Positions 18,466 through 25,210 of a DNA stretch of 55,001 nt are shown here, one piece after another. This DNA is from a virus (taxonomy: Duplodnaviria; Caudoviricetes), in the IMG/VR virus record IMGVR_UViG_3300037424_000895, positions 1 through 55,001 of that record; one strand, 5' to 3'. The notes beneath the pieces were generated by a model. That model did no database searches. It had not been told where the DNA came from and worked only from the letters and a program-made list of their open reading frames with translations. A program made the translations under genes and the position numbers. Every line of letters starts with the position of its first letter. Position 1 is the stretch's first letter.

Positions 18466-18818
18466 GCTGAGGGGAGTCACCCCTCAGGTGATTCAATCCC
18501 TCGCGAATCCACAGGTGGAACGTTGGATTCGTGTATCGTCGCCGTGATAAGTAACATGAACTTGATCGCCCATGTAACCTCTACGAAGGCGCTGCTTTCT
18601 CGGCTCCTCGTGTGTACCTAGTAGTATTGCCAAGCGTTCCCGCTGTACCACAAGAGAAGTTGCGCGTTACAACTTCTCAAGGACCTTGGCTAGGTAGCCT
18701 ATAGCTCAACTGTCGCGTACTTTCAGTAGCACGAACTACTACAACATTCTAGGGTCCGAGCCTAGCGATGGACGCGTCAAGAATGAACCGGCCGATTCAT
18801 CCTCTATAACCGTCATGT
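18466..18818 (-). ncRNA. Candidate structured ncRNA between tRNAs
   Basis: ~350 nt, no credible ORF, several hairpins (CTGAGGGG/CCCCTCAG, GAGAAGTTG/CAACTTCTC, GAATCCA/TGGATTC). Confidence 0.55.
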
Positions 18819-18820
18819 TG

Positions 18821-18904
18821 GGTGCGAGATGAGGGACTCGAACCCTCACACCTTTCGGCGCTGGCTTCTAAGGCCAGTGCGTCTACCAATTCCGCCAACC
18901 TCGC
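18821..18904 (-). tRNA. tRNA-Leu(TAG)
   Basis: CTGGC-CTTAGAA-GCCAG, type II cloverleaf. Confidence 0.92.
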
Positions 18905-18907
18905 ATA

Positions 18908-19298
18908 CTTTGATACACCCCATTGCGCTCTCTTTCAAGTTCACACAATCAAAAGTTAACCTTGACTCAGGCTCTTGAACACTTCCGCGGTTCAAATTAC
19001 GTCCTATCCCTAGCAGTGACGTTATCTCTGCATTACCCGCCGGTACGGAATATCCACCGGAATCAATAGGCTGTGAACTAAGTTCCAGCTGTCACCTGAA
19101 GTGACCCGCGAATCTCAAGGACAGTCCTCGGTTATTTGTTCCCGAGGCACTGCCATGAGCCAGATCCTTCGCAGTAGGACCGGGTTTGTCTAACGATACG
19201 GCGATGCTCTTTACCTCGGCTTCGTATTACTTCCTAGGGAGCAACAGAGGATCGTTCAGGCTCTACCGTCTCAGCTAAGTCCCTTTCAGGCATCGTTA
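18908..19298 (-). ncRNA. Candidate structured ncRNA between tRNAs
   Basis: ~390 nt; closed domain TAACGAT...ATCGTTA, CCTCGG/CCGAGG, GTCAC/GTGAC, TTTGAT/ATCAAA. Confidence 0.55.
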
Positions 19299-19299
19299 C

Positions 19300-19385
19300 G
19301 GCAGAGGGTAACAGAATCGAACTGTCAACCATCGCTGGTTGGGACGGTTTTCAAGACCGTGTCCGCGCCATGCAGCCTACCCTCT
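19300..19385 (-). tRNA. tRNA-Ser(TGA)
   Basis: ACGGT-CTTGAAA-ACCGT, long variable arm, G73. Confidence 0.85.
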
Positions 19386-19389
19386 ATAT

Positions 19390-19615
19390 TCGGTTTCGTA
19401 TTCATCGCATGCGTTTAGCACTTTCCGTAAATCGGAGTTTAGGTTTTCACCATGCTACGATTCCTTGTAGGACTCAAGCTAACGAATACCGCTAGATCTA
19501 AAGTTTGCTAAGCAAGTAATCCACCGAAAGCTTCCTTGCTTTAAATCTCATGAGGCGACAAGATTAACGACCTTTGCTCTTATCTCTGGGACGGTCAAGC
19601 AGAGACCTCATGCTA
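19390..19615 (-). ncRNA. Candidate structured ncRNA
   Basis: No ORF; CATGAGG/CCTCATG, GTATTC/GAATAC and AGCAAG/CTTGCT stems. Confidence 0.45.
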
Positions 19616-19619
19616 GTGT

Positions 19620-19910
19620 TTAGTAATTCTCGCGAGTGATGCTAAACATCTCACGGAACTGTGTCGGTGTCAGATCAATATCCGTACCGAAGTATGTTTG
19701 CCGCAGTGTCTCGATAGACTTTCCCGGAGCAAGCTGTTCGATCAGCTTGGTCAGTTCAGCAGATTCACCAGCAATCAGCAACTTGATCATCTTCAGGAGA
19801 TCATTTGCTTCACCTACGGTCAAACAGCGTTTTGGACCGAATACATTTTTTGTGCAACGCTTGCCTTCAGGTGTGTACAGTTGCAGAACAGAAATGTACC
19901 AGAATTTCAA
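19620..19910 (-). CDS. Hypothetical early protein
   Basis: AAGGAG RBS; early promoter at 19964-19992. Confidence 0.7.
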   Translation of the reverse strand: MKFWYISVLQLYTPEGKRCTKNVFGPKRCLTVGEANDLLKMIKLLIAGESAELTKLIEQLAPGKSIETLRQTYFGTDIDLTPTQFREMFSITRENY

Positions 19911-19992
19911 CTTGTTCTCCTTTGCTTATAAATATCTGACGGATTCAAATATTTGATAAAGTCATTATATCACAGTACTTAAGAAAGTAAAC

Positions 19993-20649
19993 ATGAAAGT
20001 TAATTCTTTTTTCTACACTCACAATAACTTCACAGCTACCGATAGAACTCCGTTTACATATGTCATTCGTTGGAAAAAGACCAACGACATCTACTACGGC
20101 GTCAAGTTTGCAAAAGGCTGTCTTCCATCAGACCTTGGAACAACTTACTTTTCAAGCTCTAGCAGAATTAGAAATTTAATTAAGCAACACGGGGCTGAGA
20201 ACTTTGACTTTGAAGTTCGAAAAGTATTTCAAACTGTTGAAAAGGCAAGAGACTGGGAAACCAAAATTCTTACAAAGTTTCTTGAAAAGCCAAAATTTCT
20301 TAATAAGCACAAGAACGACGGATTCTGCAAGATAGACAACGCTGGAATTCGAAACCCTAGATATGGTACAATTTCAAATAAAGGCAGCCGTTGGTCTCTT
20401 TCAGAAGAAACAAAGCAAAAGATGAGAAAACCAAAGACCAAAGAACATGCTCAGAATGCAGCAAGAGCTAAGATCGGCAAAAGTGTATACCCTTCAGAAG
20501 AGACGAAGAAGAAAATGTCAATCTCTGGGAAAGCTAGAGTCAAAAATATAGTAACTTGTCCTCACTGTGGAAAAATAGGATTTGACAGAGGAATGACAAG
20601 ATATCACTTTGACAACTGCAAGACATTGAAACAACCTAAGATAGACTAG
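19993..20649 (+). mobile_element. GIY-YIG (Seg-like) homing endonuclease, antisense to the tRNA array
   Basis: FTYVI...IYYG, YFSSS, conserved E and N, SEETK.KM NUMOD3 repeats, CPHC; TATAAATA at 19927-19934. Confidence 0.85.
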
Positions 20650-20718
20650 AGTAGGACTTGAACCTACTTTCGCTTACCGAGATGTTTCACTCTGCGTTTT
20701 CCATTACGGGTCTAGTCT
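20642..20718 (-). ncRNA. tRNA-like RNA lacking a canonical anticodon arm
   Basis: AGACTAGA/TCTAGTCT stem, GTAGG-TTCAAGT-CCTAC T-arm, GTGAAAC-capped middle arm. Confidence 0.55.
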
Positions 20719-20719
20719 C

Positions 20720-20809
20720 GGTGGGTGCTGTAGGATTCGAACCTACGTTAGCTCCGCAGAGCCCTGGGGTTAATGCCCCAGTCGGAATCTCCAACTCCAT
20801 CGTACACCC
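20720..20809 (-). tRNA. Atypical type II (Tyr-like body) tRNA with a 6/8-nt anticodon loop (CATTAA)
   Basis: CTGGGG-CATTAA-CCCCAG, variable arm GGCTC/GAGCT, A73. Confidence 0.6.
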
Positions 20810-20895
20810 GGTGCGCGATGTCGGACTCGAACCGACACGCCCCTGAGGACCCGGACTTCTAAGGACCGGAAGACTACCAATTCCATCAATCGCGC
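20810..20895 (-). tRNA. tRNA-Leu(TAG), slightly degenerate
   Basis: CGGTC-CTTAGAA-GTCCG. Confidence 0.8.
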
Positions 20896-20986
20896 GGCGG
20901 AAGAATACGGAATCGAACCGTAAGCAGGTGTTATCCTGCTCGAGCTGCTTTCCAAGCAGACCTCAGCCCAGCTGAGTTAATCTTCC
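20896..20986 (-). tRNA. tRNA-Ser(GGA)
   Basis: CTGC-TTGGAAA-GCAG, long variable arm, G73. Confidence 0.88.
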
Positions 20987-21116
20987 ATGTGTTACTTGAT
21001 TACTTTTTCGTAGATCCTAACCGGAAGAACGATCGGGAACAGACATCCCAAGATAAAGTATGCCCACATCGTGTACAACCAGTTTGGCCATCCGTGCATG
21101 TTGATCTCCTTTAAAT

Positions 21117-21190
21117 TGGTGGACGTGACCGGAATCGAACCGACCAGGCTGCGTGGGTTTCACACAGAGCCTCCTGCCAGGCAGACGCCC
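21117..21190 (-). ncRNA. tRNA-like RNA ending in ACCA with no anticodon loop
   Basis: GGGCGT/ACGTCC acceptor, TTCGATT T-loop, long AGGCT...AGCCT arm capped by TGAAAC. Confidence 0.6.
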
Positions 21191-21193
21191 ATT

Positions 21194-21278
21194 TGGTGCC
21201 TCGAGAGGGACTCGAACCCTCAAGCCCTACGGGCGACGGATTTTAAGTCCGTTGCGTATACCATTCCACCACCGAGGC
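21194..21278 (-). tRNA. tRNA-Leu(TAA)
   Basis: ACGGA-CTTAAAA-TCCGT, type II, CCA. Confidence 0.93.
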
Positions 21279-21289
21279 ATTGTACTACC

Positions 21290-21343
21290 GGTGCGCATGG
21301 AGAGACTCGAACTCCCACGCCCTTTCGGACCCGAGATTCTTAG
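21290..21343 (-). pseudogene. 3' half of tRNA-Leu (apparent AAG anticodon); 5' half missing
   Basis: CTAAGAA-TCTCG, variable arm, T-arm and CATGCGC-ACC present; no D-arm or 5' acceptor strand. Confidence 0.7.
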
Positions 21344-21357
21344 AACTACCACAAATT

Positions 21358-21440
21358 TGGTACCAGCGGAGGGATTCGAACCCTCAATGGACTGAGCTCT
21401 CGACCCAGTAACTTTACCAATTCGTACTATCCACGCTGGC
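21358..21440 (-). tRNA. Atypical tRNA-Leu(GAG)-like with an extended acceptor-D connector
   Basis: GCCAGCG-TGGATAG...CTGGG-TCGAGAG-CTCAG-TCCATT; ACCA. Confidence 0.65.
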
Positions 21441-21450
21441 ATTTCTCTTG

Positions 21451-22020
21451 TTACTTATTGCTTCTGATATCTCTCATTTGCTCTGCTAGCGCCTTAAGTC
21501 GTTTGAACGACGTCGGTAAGCAGTTGTCAGGAACATCTGCAGCCTGTTCGACGACCAATGCAGCAAGTTCTCCAAACATCAAAACTGGGAGGTGTGTCTT
21601 CCGCATCATCTCGTCATGCTTTACATCAGTGATCTTGACACCGTCGATCTCAGTCACGATCTCATTGCAGATTTTCTGAAACATCTCGATGACTTCTTCA
21701 CTACCGGTAGAAGTATGTAAGACCTTCAGTGATAAGGTGACTGGGATACATCCAATGTTTGGACCCAACAGCCCAAAGGAAGGCAGAACCTGTATCGTGA
21801 CTCATACTGTGTTCGCGAATCTCTGAACTGAACAGATGTTCACGAGATGCTGTCCTACATGTTTTGCTGCTACTTCATCAAATGCAGAAACAGGAACCGA
21901 GAGAATCACCACGTCTGCTTCGTCTGAGTTCATTTCTGGAAGAATCTCAACATGAGGGGCAAGCTCTCTTGTTAGAAATGTACCGAAGACTCCTGAGCTG
22001 CCGATGATTGCAACTTTCAT
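21451..22020 (-). pseudogene. tyrA: Prephenate-dehydrogenase (TyrA)-like gene interrupted by an in-frame TGA
   Basis: MKVAIIGSSGVFG Rossmann start, DVVILSVP, CSVQ, xxGP, HDEMM; both ORFs in the same frame, separated by TGA at 21802-21804. Confidence 0.65.
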
Positions 22021-22045
22021 GTTAAGCTCCTGTTTAGTATAAAGA

Positions 22046-22122
22046 TGGTACCCCCGGAGGGACTCGAACCCTCAAAATCTACCTTCTGAAGATAGCATGT
22101 ATACCAATTCCATCACAAGGGC
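22046..22122 (-). tRNA. tRNA-Leu(CAG), short variable loop
   Basis: CTATC-TTCAGAA-GGTAG, ACCA. Confidence 0.88.
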
Positions 22123-22135
22123 ATTTACAAACTAC

Positions 22136-22237
22136 TGGCGGGCCTGCAGGGAATCGAACCCCGCTCAACGGTTTTCCGATGTACCCTCTTTGGAAGGCAC
22201 ATTGGAGACCGCTATATTACCGATATACGACAGACCC
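22136..22237 (-). tRNA. tRNA-Trp(CCA) with a 28-nt insertion after position 37
   Basis: GCGGT-CTCCAA-[28 nt]-A-ACCGT; otherwise canonical, G73-CCA. Confidence 0.8.
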
Positions 22238-22356
22238 GTTGTTACTTTGGGTGACGCAACGAATTGCGTCAATTCTTAGCAGCATAAGTATCTTGCTGCG
22301 TGTGACAATTTGGACATAAGAATCGCAGATTTTCCAATCGATGGTAGGAGTTCAAT

Positions 22357-22440
22357 TGGTGCCCTCGGTCGGATTCGAACCAACAAGAACTGCAGATTTT
22401 AAATCTGCTGGCTGTACCAATTTACCTTAGTCACGAGGGC
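22357..22440 (-). tRNA. Atypical tRNA-Leu(TAA) with an extended connector
   Basis: GCCCTCG-TGACTAA-GGT...GCAGA-TTTAAAA-TCTGC-AGTTCTT; ACCA. Confidence 0.8.
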
Positions 22441-22514
22441 GGCAGTTCATAGAGGAATCGAACCCCTGAGTGGAGATTTGGAGGCTCCCATGTTACCAAC
22501 TACATCAATGACCC
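22441..22514 (-). tRNA. tRNA-Trp(CCA) with some mismatches
   Basis: GGAGC-CTCCAAA-TCTCC, G73. Confidence 0.75.
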
Positions 22515-22587
22515 GGAGGGAAACTACGGAATCGAACCGCAATTTTGGAGGTTGGAGCTCCACGTCTTACCACTAGACCAGTAACCC
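22515..22587 (-). tRNA. CCA-anticodon tRNA with U73 and a mismatched acceptor stem
   Basis: TGGAG-CTCCAAC-CTCCA. Confidence 0.65.
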
Positions 22588-22593
22588 ATTTGA

Positions 22594-22684
22594 TGGCGGA
22601 AGATGGCGGATTTGAACCCCCTAACCCCTTTCAGGATCAAACAGCTTTCAAGGCTGTGCTGCTCTCCAAGACAGTAGATCTTCC
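22594..22684 (-). tRNA. tRNA-Ser(TGA)
   Basis: ACAGC-CTTGAAA-GCTGT, long variable arm, GCCA. Confidence 0.88.
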
Positions 22685-22771
22685 GGCTGAAGTTAAGAGA
22701 ATCGAACTCTCGTCCCTTTCGGGACGGCAACGGTTTTCGAGGCCGTTTGTACTCCATGTACGCTAACTTCC
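22685..22771 (-). tRNA. tRNA-Ser(CGA)
   Basis: ACGGC-CTCGAAA-ACCGT, long variable arm. Confidence 0.82.
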
Positions 22772-22773
22772 AA

Positions 22774-22859
22774 TGGTGGATGCCGAAAGATTCGAACTTT
22801 CTCAGCCAGTGGCAGAAGATTTACAGTCTTCCGAGACTCTCCAACGTCCCCGCGCATCC
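22774..22859 (-). tRNA. tRNA-Tyr(GTA)
   Basis: GAAGA-CTGTAAA-TCTTC, ACCA. Confidence 0.88.
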
Positions 22860-22860
22860 G

Positions 22861-23412
22861 TTACTTGTTGTAAAAGTCCTTCCAATTTGGAAGTTGAATC
22901 AATAAACTTTTACTCGAGAGAGTTTCTCTCTCATATTTCTTTTCACTGTGAATAATTCTATGATGATTTGGGCAAACATAGATCAAATTTGAAATTTCAT
23001 TTGTACCGCCGTTGCTCTTTTCAACAATGTGATGAACATCACCAATAGATTCATTCCATCCACAAATTGCACATCCAATTTTAGCTCTCTTAAAGATTTT
23101 AGAAATTGTTCTTGATGATAAATCCATCAACGAAACAGAACCTTCTTTAAAATGAACTACTTTTCTTTTGCAGTTATCACATACTATTTTTCTACCATTT
23201 TTAATTTTCTTCTTTTGAAAAGAAGTATTGCAATTTACACAAACATAATTAAAAATGACTTCTCTCTCAGGATATTGTCTCCCAGAAAGTTTCTTACTTA
23301 TTTTGTCTAAGGTTTCTTTGCTATGAACTCTTTGGTTTGCGCAAAATCTAGAACAAAATTTACCGCTTCCAAAACTTCCATCATTCTCTTTTCCACATCT
23401 TAAACAAATCAT
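22861..23412 (-). mobile_element. HNH homing endonuclease between two tRNA-Tyr genes
   Basis: CAICGW...DVHHI...GGTNEISNLIYVCPNHH; AT-rich; TATAAATA at 23437-23444. Confidence 0.88.
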
Positions 23413-23461
23413 TTGAGTCCTCTTTGACTAAAAATTTATTTATAGTCTAAGTGAATTCGAT

Positions 23462-23552
23462 TGGTGGATCTCGGGTCGAGTTGAACGCCAGGCCGCGAGG
23501 GAGATGGTTTACAGCCATCCGAGAAGACCGCTTCTCCTTATTGACAAGATCC
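23462..23552 (-). tRNA. Degenerate or atypical tRNA-Tyr(GTA)
   Basis: GATGG-CTGTAAA-CCATC; 8-bp acceptor, long connector, weak T-arm; ACCA. Confidence 0.65.
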
Positions 23553-23563
23553 AATGTTACTTC

Positions 23564-23647
23564 TGGTACCCTCGACCGGATTCGAACCGGTAAGAACTCT
23601 AGTTTTTGAAACTAGTGGCTGTGCCAATTTACCTAAGTCACGAGGGC
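23564..23647 (-). tRNA. Atypical tRNA-Leu(CAA) with an extended connector
   Basis: GCCCTCG-TGACTTA-GGT...CTAGT-TTCAAAA-ACTAG-AGTTCTT; ACCA. Confidence 0.8.
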
Positions 23648-23733
23648 GGCGGAAGATTGAGGGCACGATCCCCAGACCTTTCGGTCCCAACTGTTTAGCA
23701 AACAGCGCCGTCAACCTTGACGGGTAATCTTCC
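23648..23733 (-). tRNA. tRNA-Ser(GCT)
   Basis: GCTGT-TTGCTAA-ACAGT, long variable arm, G73. Confidence 0.85.
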
Positions 23734-23747
23734 AAAGATACTACTCC

Positions 23748-23762
23748 AAATTGTCAAAGATC
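23748..23762 (-). promoter_or_regulatory. boxA-like antitermination site at the head of the tRNA array
   Basis: GATCTTTGACAATTT versus rrn boxA TGCTCTTTAACAATTT. Confidence 0.6.
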
Positions 23763-23772
23763 GTTTACTTCT

Positions 23773-23809
23773 AAAGTAACTAGGGCGATTCCTTAGAATC
23801 GCCCTAGCT
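23773..23809 (-). terminator. Attenuator terminator hairpin
   Basis: AGCTAGGGCGATTC-TAAG-GAATCGCCCTAG followed by TTACTTT. Confidence 0.75.
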
Positions 23810-23836
23810 TAAATTCTTGAACTGAAAACTTGGTAC

Positions 23837-23935
23837 TTACACCTTGTTTATTCCTTCCAAGCAGCTAGGGCTCATCGTCAGCCAATATGACGATGAGAGT
23901 AGCAAACTGAGATAAGATAACAAAGTCGTTTTCAT
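23837..23935 (-). CDS. Leader peptide MKTTLLSYLSLLLSSSYWLTMSPSCLEGINKV (putative attenuator)
   Basis: Codons 5-19 are all Leu/Ser/Tyr/Trp; contains GCCCTAGCT, complementary to the terminator 5' arm; TATAAATA at 23944-23951. Confidence 0.8.
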   Translation of the reverse strand: MKTTLLSYLSLLLSSSYWLTMSPSCLEGINKV

Positions 23936-24016
23936 GATAAAAGTATTTATAGTTGAGCAACAATTTTCAAAACCGCTGGGGAGACTTTCGTCAACAAGAT
24001 CAGCAGGTGTTCCACG

Positions 24017-24071
24017 AGGAAACATTGACGATGATTGTCAGTGTTACGTACAATCATCGTCAATGTTTCCT
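24017..24071. repeat. Perfect 22-bp inverted repeat
   Basis: AGGAAACATTGACGATGATTGT-11 nt-ACAATCATCGTCAATGTTTCCT. Confidence 0.9.
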
Positions 24072-24084
24072 TTACTGTAAGAGA

Positions 24085-24114
24085 ATTGTATCACAAACTC
24101 TTACAAAAGTAAAC
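24085..24114 (-). promoter_or_regulatory. T4-type early promoter upstream of the leader and tRNA array
   Basis: GTTTACTTTT...TGATACAAT. Confidence 0.8.
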
Positions 24115-24128
24115 ATATTTGTTGAGTT

Positions 24129-24260
24129 AGGTGACTGGGCTTGATACCAGCTATAGTTCACGGCTCTCTCGATGTCCGAGCAGGCTACCCTGTGTGCTGT
24201 CATCACACTCGAATACGTGACTACATTTACTTGACGAACCGTGTCCATCCACGGCGCACC
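24129..24260 (-). ncRNA. tRNA-like ncRNA with an expanded central domain
   Basis: GGTG/CACC ends, CCGTG-GATGGA-CACGG D-like arm, GCTGG-TATCAAGC-CCAGT T-like arm. Confidence 0.55.
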
Positions 24261-24261
24261 T

Positions 24262-24336
24262 TGGATTGTCAGGACGGACTTGAACCGTCAGCTTTCACCC
24301 TCTCGGTGGACGTGCTATCATTACACTATCTGACAA
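24262..24336 (-). ncRNA. tRNA-like RNA with a non-canonical anticodon arm
   Basis: TTGTCAG/CTGACAA-T-CCA, GACGG-TTCAAGT-CCGTC, middle loop CGAGAGG. Confidence 0.65.
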
Positions 24337-24479
24337 TGTCGCAGCTGATAATCGACTACATTGACAAACTTTATTGAGATTTACTGTCTGAGCAACTTGG
24401 AACGATCCATTCTGATACTATGGGTACTTTCAAGTTACTACTCGTTGTCTCCATCGACGATTACGATACTAACAGAAGC

Positions 24480-24508
24480 ATTATATCACAGTAGTACAAA
24501 AAGTAAAC
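24480..24508 (-). promoter_or_regulatory. T4-type early promoter
   Basis: GTTTACTTTT...TGATATAAT. Confidence 0.8.
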
Positions 24509-24515
24509 TACTTTG

Positions 24516-24791
24516 TTACGGAATACATCCTGTGACAATCACGAACGCACCCTCACGAATTGCGTCAAGAGCTTTATCAGAGGGAAACTCAGGAAGCTCA
24601 TGTACGTACCATTCATCGACTTCACCCTCAACACAGATCCTCTTGGCCAGCGCATCGATCTCGTCGGTTTCTTTCTCTGTCGTTTCTACGAGGTTGATGT
24701 ACTTGTAGTTCAAGTGACGAAGATCGCCTTCTACGATTCCGTACGTCATGCGGTTTTCACCGAACCCATCAAAGATTACTAGTGTTTTCAT
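24516..24791 (-). CDS. Hypothetical protein
   Basis: 91-aa ORF. Confidence 0.7.
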   Translation of the reverse strand: MKTLVIFDGFGENRMTYGIVEGDLRHLNYKYINLVETTEKETDEIDALAKRICVEGEVDEWYVHELPEFPSDKALDAIREGAFVIVTGCIP

Positions 24792-25018
24792 GGGCGATTA
24801 CCGATAGTCAGTGCATCATCTGCTTTTCCGCCTAACCTACAGATGATCATGCGTGTAGACACGTCAAAATCTTTCAGCATTACGGCAGCTTCACAGGTCT
24901 TTGCTTCAGCAATCAACTTATTTTGATTGCTATAGTATGAAGAAATGATAGATACGATTGATACGATTCCTGCGACGGCTACGACCACGATAAATCCAGT
25001 TAAGAGTTTGTCACTCAT
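24788..25018 (-). CDS. Membrane-anchored protein
   Basis: N-terminal TM segment. Confidence 0.7.
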   Translation of the reverse strand: MSDKLLTGFIVVVAVAGIVSIVSIISSYYSNQNKLIAEAKTCEAAVMLKDFDVSTRMIICRLGGKADDALTIGNRP

Positions 25019-25210
25019 AAATTCCCTTTCAAAAAACTTTTGTCCCAGACTTAGAACTCTTCTCCTATTACCTTACGGACTCCATCAGCGTGATCTCCAA
25101 ACAAATCTAGGTTATGTGAATGATTAAAAATCGCATACAAAGCCTGAGCGTCCTCCCGCGTCTCACAGGTAAGTTTCACACCATTGGTGTGAAACTAAGT
25201 TCTGTAACGT

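Noticed and set aside
19205-19285. TPP riboswitch
   Set aside because: CTGAGA and CCT...GTAATAC...AGG are reminiscent, but the P4/P5 pairings and CCTGAT core do not fit and no regulated gene follows.
18908-19298. RNase P RNA or tmRNA
   Set aside because: GACAAACCCGG resembles RNase P CR-V, but there is no GAGGAAAGTCC. There are no tmRNA-type termini or tag ORF.
20720-20809. Ochre (TTA) suppressor tRNA or a recoded genome
   Set aside because: The loop cannot form a canonical 7-nt U33 loop around TTA. Long genes are intact in the standard code and all three stop codons are used.
21290-21343. Trans-spliced split tRNA-Leu
   Set aside because: No matching 5' half was seen in the window; simple truncation is more parsimonious.
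23837-24025. 62-aa version of the leader ORF from the ORF track
   Set aside because: The upstream GTG extension spans the late promoter. The ATG at 23935 directly precedes the sensor codons and is the more plausible start.
17156-24377. Short ORFs overlapping tRNA genes (e.g. 17230-17496, 21017-21442, 22524-22955, 23538-23735)
   Set aside because: They are chance frames across tRNA sequences.
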